This document shows positions 1-9,965 of a DNA stretch of 64,000 bases, piece by piece; position 1 is the first letter of the stretch; each line of letters opens with the position of its first letter. A program made the translations under genes and the position numbers. The notes below the pieces were generated by a model, which worked only from the letters and a program-made list of their open reading frames with translations, made no database searches and was not told the DNA's origin. The stretch covers positions 2,272,001-2,336,000 of the forward strand of contig CBDCCK010000002.1 in NCBI GenBank assembly GCA_965214835.1, given 5' to 3'. The stretch comes from Nitrosopumilaceae archaeon. Lineage in GTDB: Archaea; Thermoproteota; Nitrososphaeria; Nitrososphaerales; Nitrosopumilaceae.

Positions 1-1
1 A

Positions 2-628
2 GAGCGCGCCGAGAGCGCATTTGCCAAGTCGGTATCGTATCGGCGTGCGATTCAAAGCGAGCGGCAGGTGGCCGGCATTGCCAAGCTTCCGCACGTCATT
101 AACTTTGTAAAGAACATCATGGAGATTGAGGAGAGCGTCGTGGTTTTTTGCCACCACCTCTCCATTCATACGCTGCTCCATGAGAGCCTTCGGGAGTTCT
201 CCCCCGTCTCCGTAATCGGTGGACAGAGCGACAAGGAAAGGCAAAGAAACATAGACATGTTTCAGGCAGGCCGGTCAAAGCTGATGATTGCAGGCCTTCG
301 CGCAGGCAACGTCGGAATCAACCTTACCAGGGCGCGCTATGTCATATTTGCCGAGCTGGACTGGAGTCCTGCAATACACCGGCAGGCAGAGGACAGGCTT
401 CACCGAATCGGACAAAAAAACACCGTGTTTGCGTATTACCTGATTGGCAACGGAACCCTAGACGATCACGTTGCAAACGTACTCGTCGACAAAAGCTACG
501 AGATTGACGCCATAATGGATGAAAAGGTCGAGTCCTTTGAAAACAAGGAAAAGGCAAAGCTCATTCTGGCACAGATTCATGACAAGGTCAGAAGCAAGTC
601 ATATGTCCAGCCTCGCCTGAACCCTTGA
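2..628 (+). CDS. SNF2-family helicase, C-terminal part (5' end outside the window)
   Basis: Frame is open from the window start. Helicase_C motifs AGNVGINLT, ELDWSP and QAEDRLHRIGQ are present. Confidence 0.9.
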   Translation, partial: ERAESAFAKSVSYRRAIQSERQVAGIAKLPHVINFVKNIMEIEESVVVFCHHLSIHTLLHESLREFSPVSVIGGQSDKERQRNIDMFQAGRSKLMIAGLRAGNVGINLTRARYVIFAELDWSPAIHRQAEDRLHRIGQKNTVFAYYLIGNGTLDDHVANVLVDKSYEIDAIMDEKVESFENKEKAKLILAQIHDKVRSKSYVQPRLNP

Positions 629-1186
629 GACTTTTCCCAGGATCTCACTCTTGACATTTTCGTCCAGCTTTGAGTTTTTTATGGTGCCTGCTATGTCCTC
701 TAGCAGCTCAAAGACCTCCGAGTCGTCCGGCAAGTCCGCACCAGCCTTCCCGATCACCCTTCTTCCCTCTGAGGTGATCTCAAATACCTGCTCTATGCCC
801 CGCCCGGTTCTCAGCGCCGACATTAACACAAGCCGGTTCCTCCTCAGGCCTTCGATCTCCGATCCTATCTTTTTGTCGTCCTCGTCAAGGTACTCTGCAA
901 TCTTGTCGGCGCCAAGCGAGCTGATTTCCAAAATCCGAAGGATTTTTACCCGCACTGGAATGCCGTCGCCCCAAAGAATCTGCCTTGCCAAGTCGGTGAC
1001 CTGAAACGACTTGTCTTCGTTTAGCTTGAGCAGGCCCCTCTCGATCATTGACGCAAGATTGTCCAGTATCCTTCCGGTACCTGCGCTGCCGACCCCGGAG
1101 CCCTCTAGTACCTGCTCGTCAACTCGGTTGCGATTCCTTACTCCCAAGGCCAGAATCTTCACATCGAGTATCCCCACCTTCATCAT
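599..1186 (-). CDS. Hypothetical protein with probable tandem winged-helix domains
   Basis: Likely start is MMKVGILDV, downstream of an AT-rich TATA-like stretch. Two wHTH-like segments end in FQVTDLAR and FEITSEGR. Confidence 0.55.
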   Translation of the reverse strand: MMKVGILDVKILALGVRNRNRVDEQVLEGSGVGSAGTGRILDNLASMIERGLLKLNEDKSFQVTDLARQILWGDGIPVRVKILRILEISSLGADKIAEYLDEDDKKIGSEIEGLRRNRLVLMSALRTGRGIEQVFEITSEGRRVIGKAGADLPDDSEVFELLEDIAGTIKNSKLDENVKSEILGKVSRVQARLDI

Positions 1187-1278
1187 GATAAGCCTTGCCG
1201 CCTTGAATATATACAATATTGCCGCTCTCCTGTGCAAGTTCCGCCGAGGCCTGGATTCGGCGACGATGGCAGACTGCT

Positions 1279-1737
1279 TCAACTTTGAGGCGCTTGGCCA
1301 GATGCGCGCCAACCCCAAGCCATAGGATCACCTCTGGTGTCAGATTCCGGCGTGGAGCTTGCCGGAGTGTACTCGAGCCGGACGGACATGCCGTTTGCGG
1401 TTGGGATCTTTTCGGCAATGTTGGTGTGGCTCAGGCGCCCTTTTGCGGGGTACTCATAAAACGTCAGATAGTCGCCGTCGGTGCCTGCTGCGTTTATGTC
1501 GACTGTGACCTTGTCGTTTGTGGTCACGCCTATTGCCCTGTTCTAGGCTGTGGGTGCCTGGTTTCTGGTTGTGATGTTGTCACAGTCAAGCGACGTTATG
1601 GTTCCTGCGATAAACGAGTTACCCCGGCATTCTTTGCCGATGTACCCCTCCGAGACGGACGGCTGGGACAGGGATGGCCATATGCAGCAATGCACAGTGA
1701 AGACTGCAAAAAACAAAACGGGAAGCTTGGTCATCAC
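1279..1737 (-). pseudogene. Degraded secreted protein with a cadherin/Ig-like repeat
   Basis: ORFs 1543-1737 and 1279-1527 share one frame, separated by a single TAG. The joined text NQAPTA*...VTVDINAAGTDGDYLTF...PAKGRL...YTP fits an Ig/cadherin-like repeat, and the N-terminus is hydrophobic. Confidence 0.55.
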
Positions 1738-2331
1738 TTTACCAACAGGCTGTTAAAGACGGGCAGCAGCTCATCAAGCGTGTGATAACGTGAATTTACG
1801 CCCATCGACGTATGTTCATCATGATGGAAGCTGATGCCTGCACGATAGTGATTCAGAGCATTTCCGCCCTCAAATGCGCTTACCGTTTTCCCGTCACGCG
1901 TCATCTCCCTGAAGCCCTCCCCGTAGTTGCCGTACTGAGAACCAAAAACTTCTTTGATATATTCTATCTCATCTTCAATCTCGTCAAGAGGAACAACACG
2001 ATACTCGGCCCAAACCACAAATCCCTCGGAGTGCTTCAATTCGTAGTTGGTCACGTTTTCATTTAATACAAAGGTAGTCGGAACAAACTGCATCCTCATC
2101 TTGCAGCCTGAAGGTTTGCAGACATTGTCTGCATACAGCAGTCGCTGTCCGTCGGGAATGTATGTGGGCATCCAGTCCTCAATGTGGAACCCTGTTCCGG
2201 GGGTTATGGAGTATTTTTCATGCTGCGTTGCAGGCAGTCTTATCAGGTTGTCAGGGCCGACATCATCGGGGGTTATATCGCTGCCCATGATCTTTTCATA
2301 GTAGGGCCACGGGGGAGGGTATCTTGCAAGT

Positions 2332-3747
2332 CAGTACTTCCTAGATGTACTTTTGCAGACCCGACACGGCACCTCCGCTACTTTCCGCGATCGTTTACAA
2401 ACGAGTCGGCCGCATCGACAATGCACGCGACAAACAGCATCATGGTAAACCCCTTCCCTCCTGCAAATCCGTCCCACTTGGATTCCACGTCTATGAACAC
2501 GGCAGTCCTCCACAGGTTGTACAGTATGACAGACATATAGAACAGCAGCAGCCTGACGACCGGGGAATTGCTGCACGTCTTGCCCATTATCCCCTTGATC
2601 ACCCTGAACCCGGTCTCGATTCCCCACCGACTGCGGTACTCCTCCGGTATCTGCTCAATGACTGCCTCTGCACTTTTAGCAGACATGTTGGTGGCAAAGA
2701 CCAGATACCTGTCGGCTATGGTCTCTTCTGCCTTGTCCTTCTTTGCTGCTGCCGTGCCGTCCTTTTCTACCTCGTCCTTTTCCACAATGACTAGCCTGAA
2801 TGTGGCGCTCTTGCCGTCCTTGTTGGTCATTGTATATTTTGATACCGCACCGCGTTCTCCGCGGTCATGCTCCTCTATTGCCGCCACTATCCTCCTGTTC
2901 TTGACGGCAGGCATGATGTAGCTGCCCGTGCTTGTTTCTGCAGCCCTCATGCAGTCCACGTTAAAGAACCCGCGGTCATACAGGAACGTCTTGATCCTCA
3001 TCCCTGATCTGGACGCCTTGCGGATCATTTTAGGCACGAAATCGGCCAGTTTTGCCTCTTTTGGAAGCTGCAGCGAGGAAAGCACGAGGTCAGACCCGTC
3101 ATCTGATCCTATTCCGTGCATGGTAATGTGCGAGAGAAACGTCGACGTGCCGTTCTTGGGCTTTGACTTTCTGGCGATATCCTCCAGGCCCTTGCCATAG
3201 TATTCCACGTCGGTAACGTCCACTGCCACGACGTCCGTGTTGTGCAGCATGCCTGACCTGCGGGCGCACCTTACCGTATGCTGCAGCATGGAGCTGCACC
3301 ACTTTTGCGCATCATCCAGGCTGACGCCCCGGATCGCCTTTAGGATCCAGTCCGGACTAGGCGTACGGCAACTATACGCGCCGCCCTTGGAGGCAGCCCC
3401 GTCGTCATGCTGCTGCCTGCTGCATTTTGAGGCCCGCCTGCGAAGGTGCGTCACGGCAGATTCTGCAAACATCCTCCTCTCAGACATGAAATATAGAACG
3501 CGCAGTGCGTCGATGTGGTCATACACTGCGTTGCGACTCTTTGAGACGGCCAGCCCGAGCTTGGGAAACCGCCGTCGCAATGTTTTAAACTGTCTCGATG
3601 TTATGTCAAACTGGTGTGCAAACACGTCGTTTTGTGTTACTGACATGATGATGGTTGGCACACCGCCTGATCTATAGTATGATGGTCAAAAAATCTCGGC
3701 AAATTGCGTAATTATCGTGCCTGCAAAAGTACATCGAGGAACTACTG
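2332..3747 (-). mobile_element. ISH3-family insertion sequence, copy A1 (1416 bp)
   Basis: TIRs CAGTACTTCCTAGATGTACTTTTGCAG and CTGCAAAAGTACATCGAGGAACTACTG, a 4-bp TSD (AAGT), and a DDE transposase. Confidence 0.93.
2378..3661 (-). CDS. ISH3/IS4-like DDE transposase (427 aa)
   Basis: Motifs VAVDVT, YDRGFF and YRSRWGIETGFR (Y-x2-R-x3-E signature). Confidence 0.93.
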   Translation of the reverse strand: MPTIIMSVTQNDVFAHQFDITSRQFKTLRRRFPKLGLAVSKSRNAVYDHIDALRVLYFMSERRMFAESAVTHLRRRASKCSRQQHDDGAASKGGAYSCRTPSPDWILKAIRGVSLDDAQKWCSSMLQHTVRCARRSGMLHNTDVVAVDVTDVEYYGKGLEDIARKSKPKNGTSTFLSHITMHGIGSDDGSDLVLSSLQLPKEAKLADFVPKMIRKASRSGMRIKTFLYDRGFFNVDCMRAAETSTGSYIMPAVKNRRIVAAIEEHDRGERGAVSKYTMTNKDGKSATFRLVIVEKDEVEKDGTAAAKKDKAEETIADRYLVFATNMSAKSAEAVIEQIPEEYRSRWGIETGFRVIKGIMGKTCSNSPVVRLLLFYMSVILYNLWRTAVFIDVESKWDGFAGGKGFTMMLFVACIVDAADSFVNDRGK

Positions 3748-4348
3748 AAGTGTGGATCTTTTGATCTCCCGCCCGTCATCGACAAACTCCACGGGAGACG
3801 AGGCACTCAGCACCACAAAGCCATCGCCCTCTCCTCCGGCATCGGGGCCGTCGATGCTGCCGCCTCCGGTTTTTGCCGCCTCCGGCTGCTGTCGGTCATG
3901 GCGTTCTGTTGCCTGTGCTACCGGCACCCATCCTTTTTGCAGCAGTTTTTGCACCGAGCCCTCGCTGATGCATGCAGGCGTTCCGCGCGTGGTCTCCATC
4001 AGCGTCTTTGAATCCCGGCACTGTATCTCGTGTATCGGCACCCCCGCCTCATGCTGTGCCATCGGAGACGGCACCTCTGCCATTGCGCCGAGCGACAGCA
4101 TGCCCGCGCCTGCGACAGAGAGCAACGCAAGGGCAGCCACTACCGTATTCATTACCGTTCTTCAATACTGAAATATTTAAGCGATCCAGAGAACCGGCCT
4201 CCTAGAAATCATCAGCCAAACTATGGATGCGGCGGCAAAATACGTCGAGAAGAGCCGAAAACGTACCAGCAAGCTCAATGATGGCGAAACCATCTAACTT
4301 GACAGCTCCCTCATTTGATTGGTATAGCTGATAAAACACCGTTGTGAC

Positions 4349-4478
4349 GGGGACTGTCGCCTAATTCACCAGAATTCCTGAAAATCATGAGGTGCCAAAT
4401 GGATCAGGCGGACAAAAGGGCGGAAATTCATAAAGACGTGCAGATTGAGTCAGATGGATGGAATTAGGCGACAACCCC
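4349..4478. mobile_element. MITE family 3 (about 130 bp)
   Basis: TIRs GGGGACTGTCGCCTAATT and AATTAGGCGACAACCCC. An inverted homologous copy lies at 59159-59287. Confidence 0.8.
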
Positions 4479-4489
4479 GCTCACACCTG

Positions 4490-4715
4490 ATTTTACGGAG
4501 GATCTGATGTTGTGCAAATTATCTAATTAGGCAACAGCTCCGGTGTGCGCAGATGCGCCGTCTGTTATTGTCAAGACCTTTCCAAAGTGACTGTGCAGAT
4601 CTCTCGGATACTTGAGTAATGTCGGGCCGTCAAATTTATCGTACGTCCGGAAGAAGCGGCGTCCGTCCGTGGCAATTGCGCCGTAGGCCACAATCCTGCG
4701 GTGGTTTCCCTTCAA
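4490..4715 (-). pseudogene. IS630-family transposase remnant
   Basis: YGAIATDGRRFFRTYDKFD...FGKVLTITDGASAH matches the IS630 DDE region (DNAxxH-like). Confidence 0.7.
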
Positions 4716-4867
4716 AGTTTAAAATGTAATATATCCTATAATCCTTGGGTTTCGGTCAGGCAGTGCTAGCATTGTACTAGCCTTTTTTTTAATTAAAAAT
4801 AGCAGGAAATTCTAGCTGGATCACCTGTAACGGCCAGCCCCCGTCCGGTTTTTTCGGCCTTTAAAGC

Positions 4868-4976
4868 GTAACAGCTCAGGCTCTGGAAGTTCAGGCATGA
4901 ATTTTATCGCCAAAGGGATCTTCGCAGATGTAATTTGTGCCTAAAATCATAAATCACTTCGAGCCCGAGCTGTTAC
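4868..4976. mobile_element. MITE family 4 (IS66-type ends)
   Basis: GTAACAGCTC...GAGCTGTTAC ends and a perfect 8-bp TSD (TTTAAAGC). Homologues at 32332-32442 and, partially, 28391-28448. Confidence 0.85.
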
Positions 4977-5121
4977 TTTAAAGCAGCGCGGTTTTTTGCT
5001 TGGCCAACGAAAACCACGGGGCCGCACCCTAATTGATCTGTTTGCATCTGCCGGTGTTGTCAAGATGGCCTAAATTCCTTGATTTTCTGCCTAGATGGGG
5101 TACTTTTCACTTAGCTGAATT

Positions 5122-5209
5122 GTAAGAGCTTACCCCCTTCCGAAAATGCGAGTGGTGGGCACAGTGATCAAGGTTCTGGACTGTAGTGTCGCCCAGGGGG
5201 CAGACTCAC
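5122..5209. mobile_element. MITE family 1 (about 90 bp, IS66-type ends)
   Basis: GTAAGAGCTTACCCCC start, flanks GCTGAATT/GCCGAATT (7 of 8 match). Homologues at 9733, 9833, 15787, 16194 and 33751. Confidence 0.8.
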
Positions 5210-5257
5210 GCCGAATTTGGAGCAACGCTTTTAACCAAAAATTGGGGCCGATCCACA

Positions 5258-6523
5258 ATGAAGACGATTTTCAAGTATGTGGGATTGCTTGCAATCCTAC
5301 CCATACTGGCAGTGGCCTTGACAAGCGAACCATTTACAGATGCCAGTGCCCTAAAGTCCAAGGGAACAAGCGTGGGCAATTTTGGCTCCTCTACTGCAAG
5401 CATTGTTTGCGGTGACAGGCTCTGCTCAGAATACCTGGGCGGAAGGGCCGAATTTGAGGAATCCATGCGTATGGCTTCTCCCACGAGAGCCGCCGCAGAG
5501 ACCTCTGAGGAGTCCATGGCTCATGACGAACATGAAAAAAAACATGTTGATGAGGGCGACCTGGATTCCGTACTTCGACTGTCAAGGGCAAGCGTTCCTG
5601 CAACAATTCCAATGCACATGGGATACTATGACGGCCAGCCGGTATATTATGTCATTACCGATGCCAGTGACGAGGCACATGCCGACGTAATCACCGAGCA
5701 GCAGGGCTGGCGGGTTGAGCTTGCACCTGTCCTGAGTACGGCTCCTGATTCCGCACTCTCCAAGACATACTTCTTTACTAACGGAGTGTCTGGGGACGGA
5801 ATCCACGGATTCCAAAACCAGGTCTTGACAAGCATTCCCGGACAGGAAGGCTACAGCGCACTGACCTACCACGTTCATGTGGCCTGGGTCGATCAAAGCA
5901 ATGTCCGTGAACTGACCTCAGAGTCTGAAATCATGGATGCCGCGCAAAACGGTGAGGTGGAGCTGTTGGATCTGCCCGTCGTAGTCAACATGCCGCAGAT
6001 TGTCTGGCCTAGCGGACAGATGATGGTGGCTGACAAGGTTTTGGAGGATGACACCCCGTACGGCGGTGGCCAGGTCTTGGATATTGACATCGAAGGGATG
6101 GAGGTAACGTTCATTGCGCACAGGGGCTGGGGACCGGATGGCAGGACCATCTACTATATTGTAACCGATGCTACCCCCAGCGGCCCGGCCGACATGATGG
6201 GCGTTGTGAGCACCCCCTCATCTGCCAACCTGATAAACAGCGGTGCCGCAGTAAATCTGTTCCAGTTCCGTAACGGGATTGGCGGCTCGGGTCCATTGGG
6301 ATTCCAGCCTGGAATTGCCGCCGGTGCCCCGGGAGACGCAAACTACAGTCCGATGTGGAGAATATTCCTGATCGACTGGGAAGATCCCGAGGATGCAGCT
6401 GTTTTGGAGACCATTGGTGACATCAATGCCTACAGGGATGCAGGGTTGATTCAGATCGACATAGCAAGGCCCATGGACAGTGATCACATCGTAAACTGCC
6501 CGTTCATCGATCCCTTCCAATAG
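5258..6523 (+). CDS. Secreted thaumarchaeal protein with two internal repeats
   Basis: Signal peptide and a VCGDRLC motif. The YY(V/I)(I/V)TDA...YS(A/P) and VN(M/C)P domain occurs twice. Confidence 0.8.
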   Translation: MKTIFKYVGLLAILPILAVALTSEPFTDASALKSKGTSVGNFGSSTASIVCGDRLCSEYLGGRAEFEESMRMASPTRAAAETSEESMAHDEHEKKHVDEGDLDSVLRLSRASVPATIPMHMGYYDGQPVYYVITDASDEAHADVITEQQGWRVELAPVLSTAPDSALSKTYFFTNGVSGDGIHGFQNQVLTSIPGQEGYSALTYHVHVAWVDQSNVRELTSESEIMDAAQNGEVELLDLPVVVNMPQIVWPSGQMMVADKVLEDDTPYGGGQVLDIDIEGMEVTFIAHRGWGPDGRTIYYIVTDATPSGPADMMGVVSTPSSANLINSGAAVNLFQFRNGIGGSGPLGFQPGIAAGAPGDANYSPMWRIFLIDWEDPEDAAVLETIGDINAYRDAGLIQIDIARPMDSDHIVNCPFIDPFQ

Positions 6524-6844
6524 GGAAAACCCCCTCTTTTCTTTCTGTCTTTCTAGGCGTAGCCTGCCCCTTGGCAGTCCGGACGGCAGCGTACGAGTCT
6601 GCAGGAAATCCAAGTGGTGGAATGCCCCCCGACAGGCCGCCCCCTGCCAGCGCATCCATGATGATGCCCGTCACGCTGCTGGGGCCTGTCATGTTACACC
6701 CCGGGCCTGCCGATAGCCACCGTGCAGGGCAGCGTCTCTGGCTTGGAAGCGTCGAGCTCGATGCAGGGGAGAGCCGGGACGATATTTACCTGCCTGTTCC
6801 CGGGCCTTGCAAAGGCGCCTGTCGCAGTCCAGGTTCATCATGAT

Positions 6845-6920
6845 GGGATCCTGCCATCTCCAGAGGATGCTGCATGGTGATCAAGGCTGGCCCGGTGTAG
6901 CCTAGAGGGCAGCCTCCTGC
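6845..6920. repeat. Degenerate MITE family 1 copy
   Basis: Shares the core GCATGGTGATCAAGG...G.CCG and a G-rich end with the other copies. Confidence 0.45.
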
Positions 6921-6963
6921 AAAGACTGTCTATACAGGTTAAAATAAAGCAGCACGCACTTTC

Positions 6964-7221
6964 TTGGGTATGGATTTCATGCTAGAGGAGGAGATGATTG
7001 ATCTTTTTACGTTTTGCCTGCAAAATCCCGACTCCAACGAGGCTGCCGAAAAAAAGTCCAGGATTGCCGAGATTGGCAAAGAGCTGCACGCCGATGGCGG
7101 CGTTGACGCGATGGAGAACTTTTTCTTTGTGGTAAGGAATCGAATAATTGGAGAGATCGAAAAGGATCCAGAGTCGTTTCGCAGGCTGTGGAACGGCATA
7201 GATCCTCAATGGGATTATTGA
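6964..7221 (+). CDS. Hypothetical protein
   Basis: Clean 85-aa acidic ORF downstream of an AT-rich promoter-like stretch. Confidence 0.7.
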   Translation: MGMDFMLEEEMIDLFTFCLQNPDSNEAAEKKSRIAEIGKELHADGGVDAMENFFFVVRNRIIGEIEKDPESFRRLWNGIDPQWDY

Positions 7222-7239
7222 TCCTAAAAAAAGAGATGA

Positions 7240-7386
7240 TTATTCAGGCCTGCCTATCCTGAATATTGGAGTACTGCATGTCGGACAGGTTCCCCTTACT
7301 GCAGGTTTTCCATTCTTGAGAGTTGTCGGCTTTACTCCCTTGATCTCTCTTTTGTCTCGGCATTTCACACAATATCCGATTACCAT
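7240..7386 (-). CDS. Small Zn-ribbon protein, DUF5679-like (48 aa, not in the ORF track)
   Basis: Manual translation MVIGYCVKCRDKREIKGVKPTTLKNGKPAVRGTCPTCSTPIFRIGRPE contains two CxxC motifs. Confidence 0.85.
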   Translation of the reverse strand: MVIGYCVKCRDKREIKGVKPTTLKNGKPAVRGTCPTCSTPIFRIGRPE

Positions 7387-7683
7387 ACAGTATTATGCGC
7401 CCAGATCCTATTAGCGAGAATTTGTGAATATTTTTTTACCATCTGGCAAACTGCCAATCCAGTTTTGTCGGCTTGCCTGGTTTTTGGTGTTCTGGCAACA
7501 ACACCAAAAAATGAGCCATGATTTTGTCATGTCGTGCATATTTCGACAAGGAAATAATCGCTTTTCAATTACGCATACTGGCATCATTAGCTTTGCCTAA
7601 ACCTTTGGAACAATTGGGCTGATAACTGCTTTGTAGAGGATATGCCTGCAAGCTTTAAATGCGTTGCAATACATTTTGAACCC

Positions 7684-8100
7684 ATGCTGCTCCCTGCAGA
7701 AATTGAGTCAAAGACCTTGATTCCTGCACTTCGTGCAATTTTGGCAAAAAAGCTGGCACTGGATCATAAAATCCGCGAGGACGAAATCTCGAAAATGCTC
7801 GGCGTAACACAGGCTGCAATCAGCAACTACATCAGGGGGACGCGCGGCAACCCCTCCCTGATTGCCAAGCTGATGGCAGAAGAGCAGGTGGCAAAAATGA
7901 TAAACGAGCTAAGCGATAACCTAGCGTCGGATATGGCATACACCCCATCAAGCCTTTCCAAGTTCATAGGTCTGTGCAACTATGTCAAGTCAAGCCTGCT
8001 GATTTGCGATATCCACCACAATCTTGAAACCGACATTGATGAGCAGGTCTGCAAAGAGTGCGAAAACATGCTGCTAAGGGGCCCCGGCAGCGTATACTAG
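7684..8100 (+). CDS. Archaeal HTH transcriptional regulator (COG2522-like)
   Basis: MLLPAEIE...IPALRA start, HTH ISKMLGVTQAAISNYIRGTRG, and a C-terminal C..H...C..C motif. Confidence 0.85.
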   Translation: MLLPAEIESKTLIPALRAILAKKLALDHKIREDEISKMLGVTQAAISNYIRGTRGNPSLIAKLMAEEQVAKMINELSDNLASDMAYTPSSLSKFIGLCNYVKSSLLICDIHHNLETDIDEQVCKECENMLLRGPGSVY

Positions 8101-8405
8101 TCCCTGACAAGAACAATCTCTATGGTGGACGTCATCCTTCCGATTCCGGGCGGCGCCTCGCTGTCCACCGTAATGTCTTGCGTCCTGGCATCGTTTTTTA
8201 GCATGTTCTCTGTCAGGATGTTTGCTACTGCGACCGCGTTTGGGATCGAGCTGCCGCTTGCCCTTAGAATGAGCTTTTTCCCCCTTGCAAACTCCTGCAG
8301 CAGATCCATTGCCACCTGCATGACCGGATCACGCTTTACATAGACTACAATGTCGCCGGCCGAGCCCGTACGACTAGCCACGGATGTCTGCACTCCCTCT
8401 TCCAT
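8097..8405 (-). CDS. Alba DNA/RNA-binding protein
   Basis: LILRASGSSIPNAVAVA and a C-terminal STIEIVL fit the Alba fold. Confidence 0.85.
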   Translation of the reverse strand: MEEGVQTSVASRTGSAGDIVVYVKRDPVMQVAMDLLQEFARGKKLILRASGSSIPNAVAVANILTENMLKNDARTQDITVDSEAPPGIGRMTSTIEIVLVRD

Positions 8406-8463
8406 ATGCGTCAGCTACCATGAGGACTTGCTGGCTTCTTAAGTCTTGTCGACGATTCATACA

Positions 8464-8958
8464 TTACTGGAAATAACCGATTGGGATGTTTTGATGGTCG
8501 CCGTTTGGCAGTACCCTCTTGATTATAATCGGAATGATTCTCTGATCCAACTCCTCCATCGCAATGTCCAGCGAGGTCCTGGCCGTGGCGGGAATTTCAA
8601 TGAATGGGGGGGCGCCTTGCGATAGCTGTAATGCGCGAGCGCCCATTATCCTTGCCTTTTCAAACCTTGTCAGTACGGGGGGACCGATTGTAACGTTGCC
8701 ATCCTCTGCGGGGATTTCCTGCGGCGTGTGCTCCGAATTGGCCTCAATAATGTCCCTGTCCTCAATCTCCTTGATCTTCTTTTCCAGGTCGTCTTGCTCC
8801 TTTTCGGAAAGCTCCTTTGCCTCCATCAACCTCCTGTATGTGTCTACGGCCTTTGTCAGCCCAGCATTTGATAGCGCCTCCTCGTCGCTGATCTCCCGTT
8901 CTTCGGGCGGGGGCGCCGATACCTCTTCAACTGAAGCTTCGGACTCTGTAGTAGGCAA
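8464..8958 (-). CDS. rpoK: DNA-directed RNA polymerase subunit Rpo6 (K) with acidic N-terminal extension
   Basis: LTRFEKARIMGARALQLSQGAP motif. The start codon is uncertain. Confidence 0.92.
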   Translation of the reverse strand: MPTTESEASVEEVSAPPPEEREISDEEALSNAGLTKAVDTYRRLMEAKELSEKEQDDLEKKIKEIEDRDIIEANSEHTPQEIPAEDGNVTIGPPVLTRFEKARIMGARALQLSQGAPPFIEIPATARTSLDIAMEELDQRIIPIIIKRVLPNGDHQNIPIGYFQ

Positions 8959-8993
8959 GTAATGTGTTGTCCTAAAAGCGGTTATATAATCCA

Positions 8994-9398
8994 ATGACTC
9001 TAAACTACGAATTGAGCTTGCATTCTGTCTCAAAATCCAGCCTAATATTGGAGGTTAGGGGAAAGTCAAGGATCCCAGTTGAGCTAAAGCGGCACCTGGC
9101 CCCCCGGACGGTTGGAATGCTGCTAAGATCCATCCCGCTGGACGGCAATGCCCACCTTCTTGGAGGTGGCATCATCTATCTCGAGTCCCCGATTGACTCT
9201 GGACTTGAGCGTGCAAGAAGGGATTTCAAGAGGGGCGATGTTGCGTTTTATCCCGGGGGGAGGAGCATCTGCTTTTTTGCAAGAGCCGTCTATGCTGGAA
9301 AGCAAATGTCGCCGATTGGAAAGATAATCTCCGGCGTTGAGGATCTTGATAATGCAAAGCCCGGGGATGTCCTGTCCCTGCATCAGGATGCCGGCTGA
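8994..9398 (+). CDS. Cyclophilin-like fold protein
   Basis: LAPRTV and GDVAFYPGGRSICFF motifs. Confidence 0.7.
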   Translation: MTLNYELSLHSVSKSSLILEVRGKSRIPVELKRHLAPRTVGMLLRSIPLDGNAHLLGGGIIYLESPIDSGLERARRDFKRGDVAFYPGGRSICFFARAVYAGKQMSPIGKIISGVEDLDNAKPGDVLSLHQDAG

Positions 9399-9682
9399 TA
9401 TATGTGGTGGCCGCTGTGGCCGCCGATTTTTTTAACCTGGCCCTTTTCAAGCGCCTGCCTGAGATACGTGTTGGCAGCTGAGATCTTTACGCCTGTCTGC
9501 CTTGCCAGCTCTTGAACCGTGATTACCTTTGCGCCCTTGACTGCCTTGGAGGCCTGCTCTTCGGTCAGCACCACGGTAATCTCTGCCCTTGGGCCCCCTC
9601 CGCCTTCCTTGTCTTTTTTCTTTGATCCCTTGGAGTCCCTTCTCCTGTCCTGCGAGGATAACGGCTTGTTCTTTGCTACCAT
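9383..9682 (-). CDS. rps25e: 30S ribosomal protein S25e
   Basis: Basic N-terminus followed by KVITVQELARQTGVKISAANTYLR. Confidence 0.85.
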   Translation of the reverse strand: MVAKNKPLSSQDRRRDSKGSKKKDKEGGGGPRAEITVVLTEEQASKAVKGAKVITVQELARQTGVKISAANTYLRQALEKGQVKKIGGHSGHHIYQPAS

Positions 9683-9732
9683 TTGCTGGTTTTCAGTCGT
9701 AATCCTGTTATAAACTATAACAAGGGCCGGCG

Positions 9733-9919
9733 GTAAGGGTTTGCCCATTGGACGATACTGCCGATCAGGATCCTCATGATCATGCCCATCTATGCTGCCT
9801 CTTCGGGATGGGGTGAACTCTTACTGCCGGCGGCAGGATCTTGCCCCTTGGGCGACGCTGCCGGCCAATGCCCTGATCACCATGCCCCCACACCGTATTT
9901 TCTGGAGGCAGGCTCTTGC
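9733..9919. mobile_element. Tandem pair of MITE family 1 copies (9733-9824 and 9833-9919)
   Basis: GTAAGGGTTTGCCC...GAACTCTTAC with flanks GGCCGGCG/TGCCGGCG, followed directly by a second, diverged copy. Confidence 0.75.
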
Positions 9920-9965
9920 GGCAGCAAACTTTCAACTATAAATAACATCCCCTACAAGAAAAATC

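Larger units (their letters stand above)
1734..4152 (-). pseudogene. Secreted thaumarchaeal protein split by an ISH3-type insertion
   Basis: Removing IS 2332-3747 plus one AAGT duplication fuses ...EIKRSTL with ARYPPPWPYYEKIMGSD... in frame. It has a signal peptide and an SP..Q...GV....I.C...PAC......KL...GW domain. Confidence 0.85.

Noticed and set aside
1234-1362. Apparent long stem (GCAAGTTCCGCCG / CGGCGTGGAGCTTGC) as a tRNA or ncRNA
   Set aside because: No cloverleaf or T-loop motif. Pairing is imperfect, GC-rich and overlaps a pseudogene.
1543-1545. In-frame TAG here, and TGA at 32839 and in the trmI fragment, as pyrrolysine or selenocysteine recoding
   Set aside because: These loci carry other lesions or truncations and no recoding machinery is visible. 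Pseudogenisation is the simpler explanation.
5186-5257. N-terminal extension of ORF 5186-6523
   Set aside because: It starts inside a MITE, and the signal peptide begins at 5258.
6540-6840. GC-rich intergenic stretches (also 10180-10340, 14620-14850 and 59300-59660) as SRP or RNase P RNA, or as genes
   Set aside because: No SRP or RNase P consensus and no convincing ORF was recognised. They are left unassigned.
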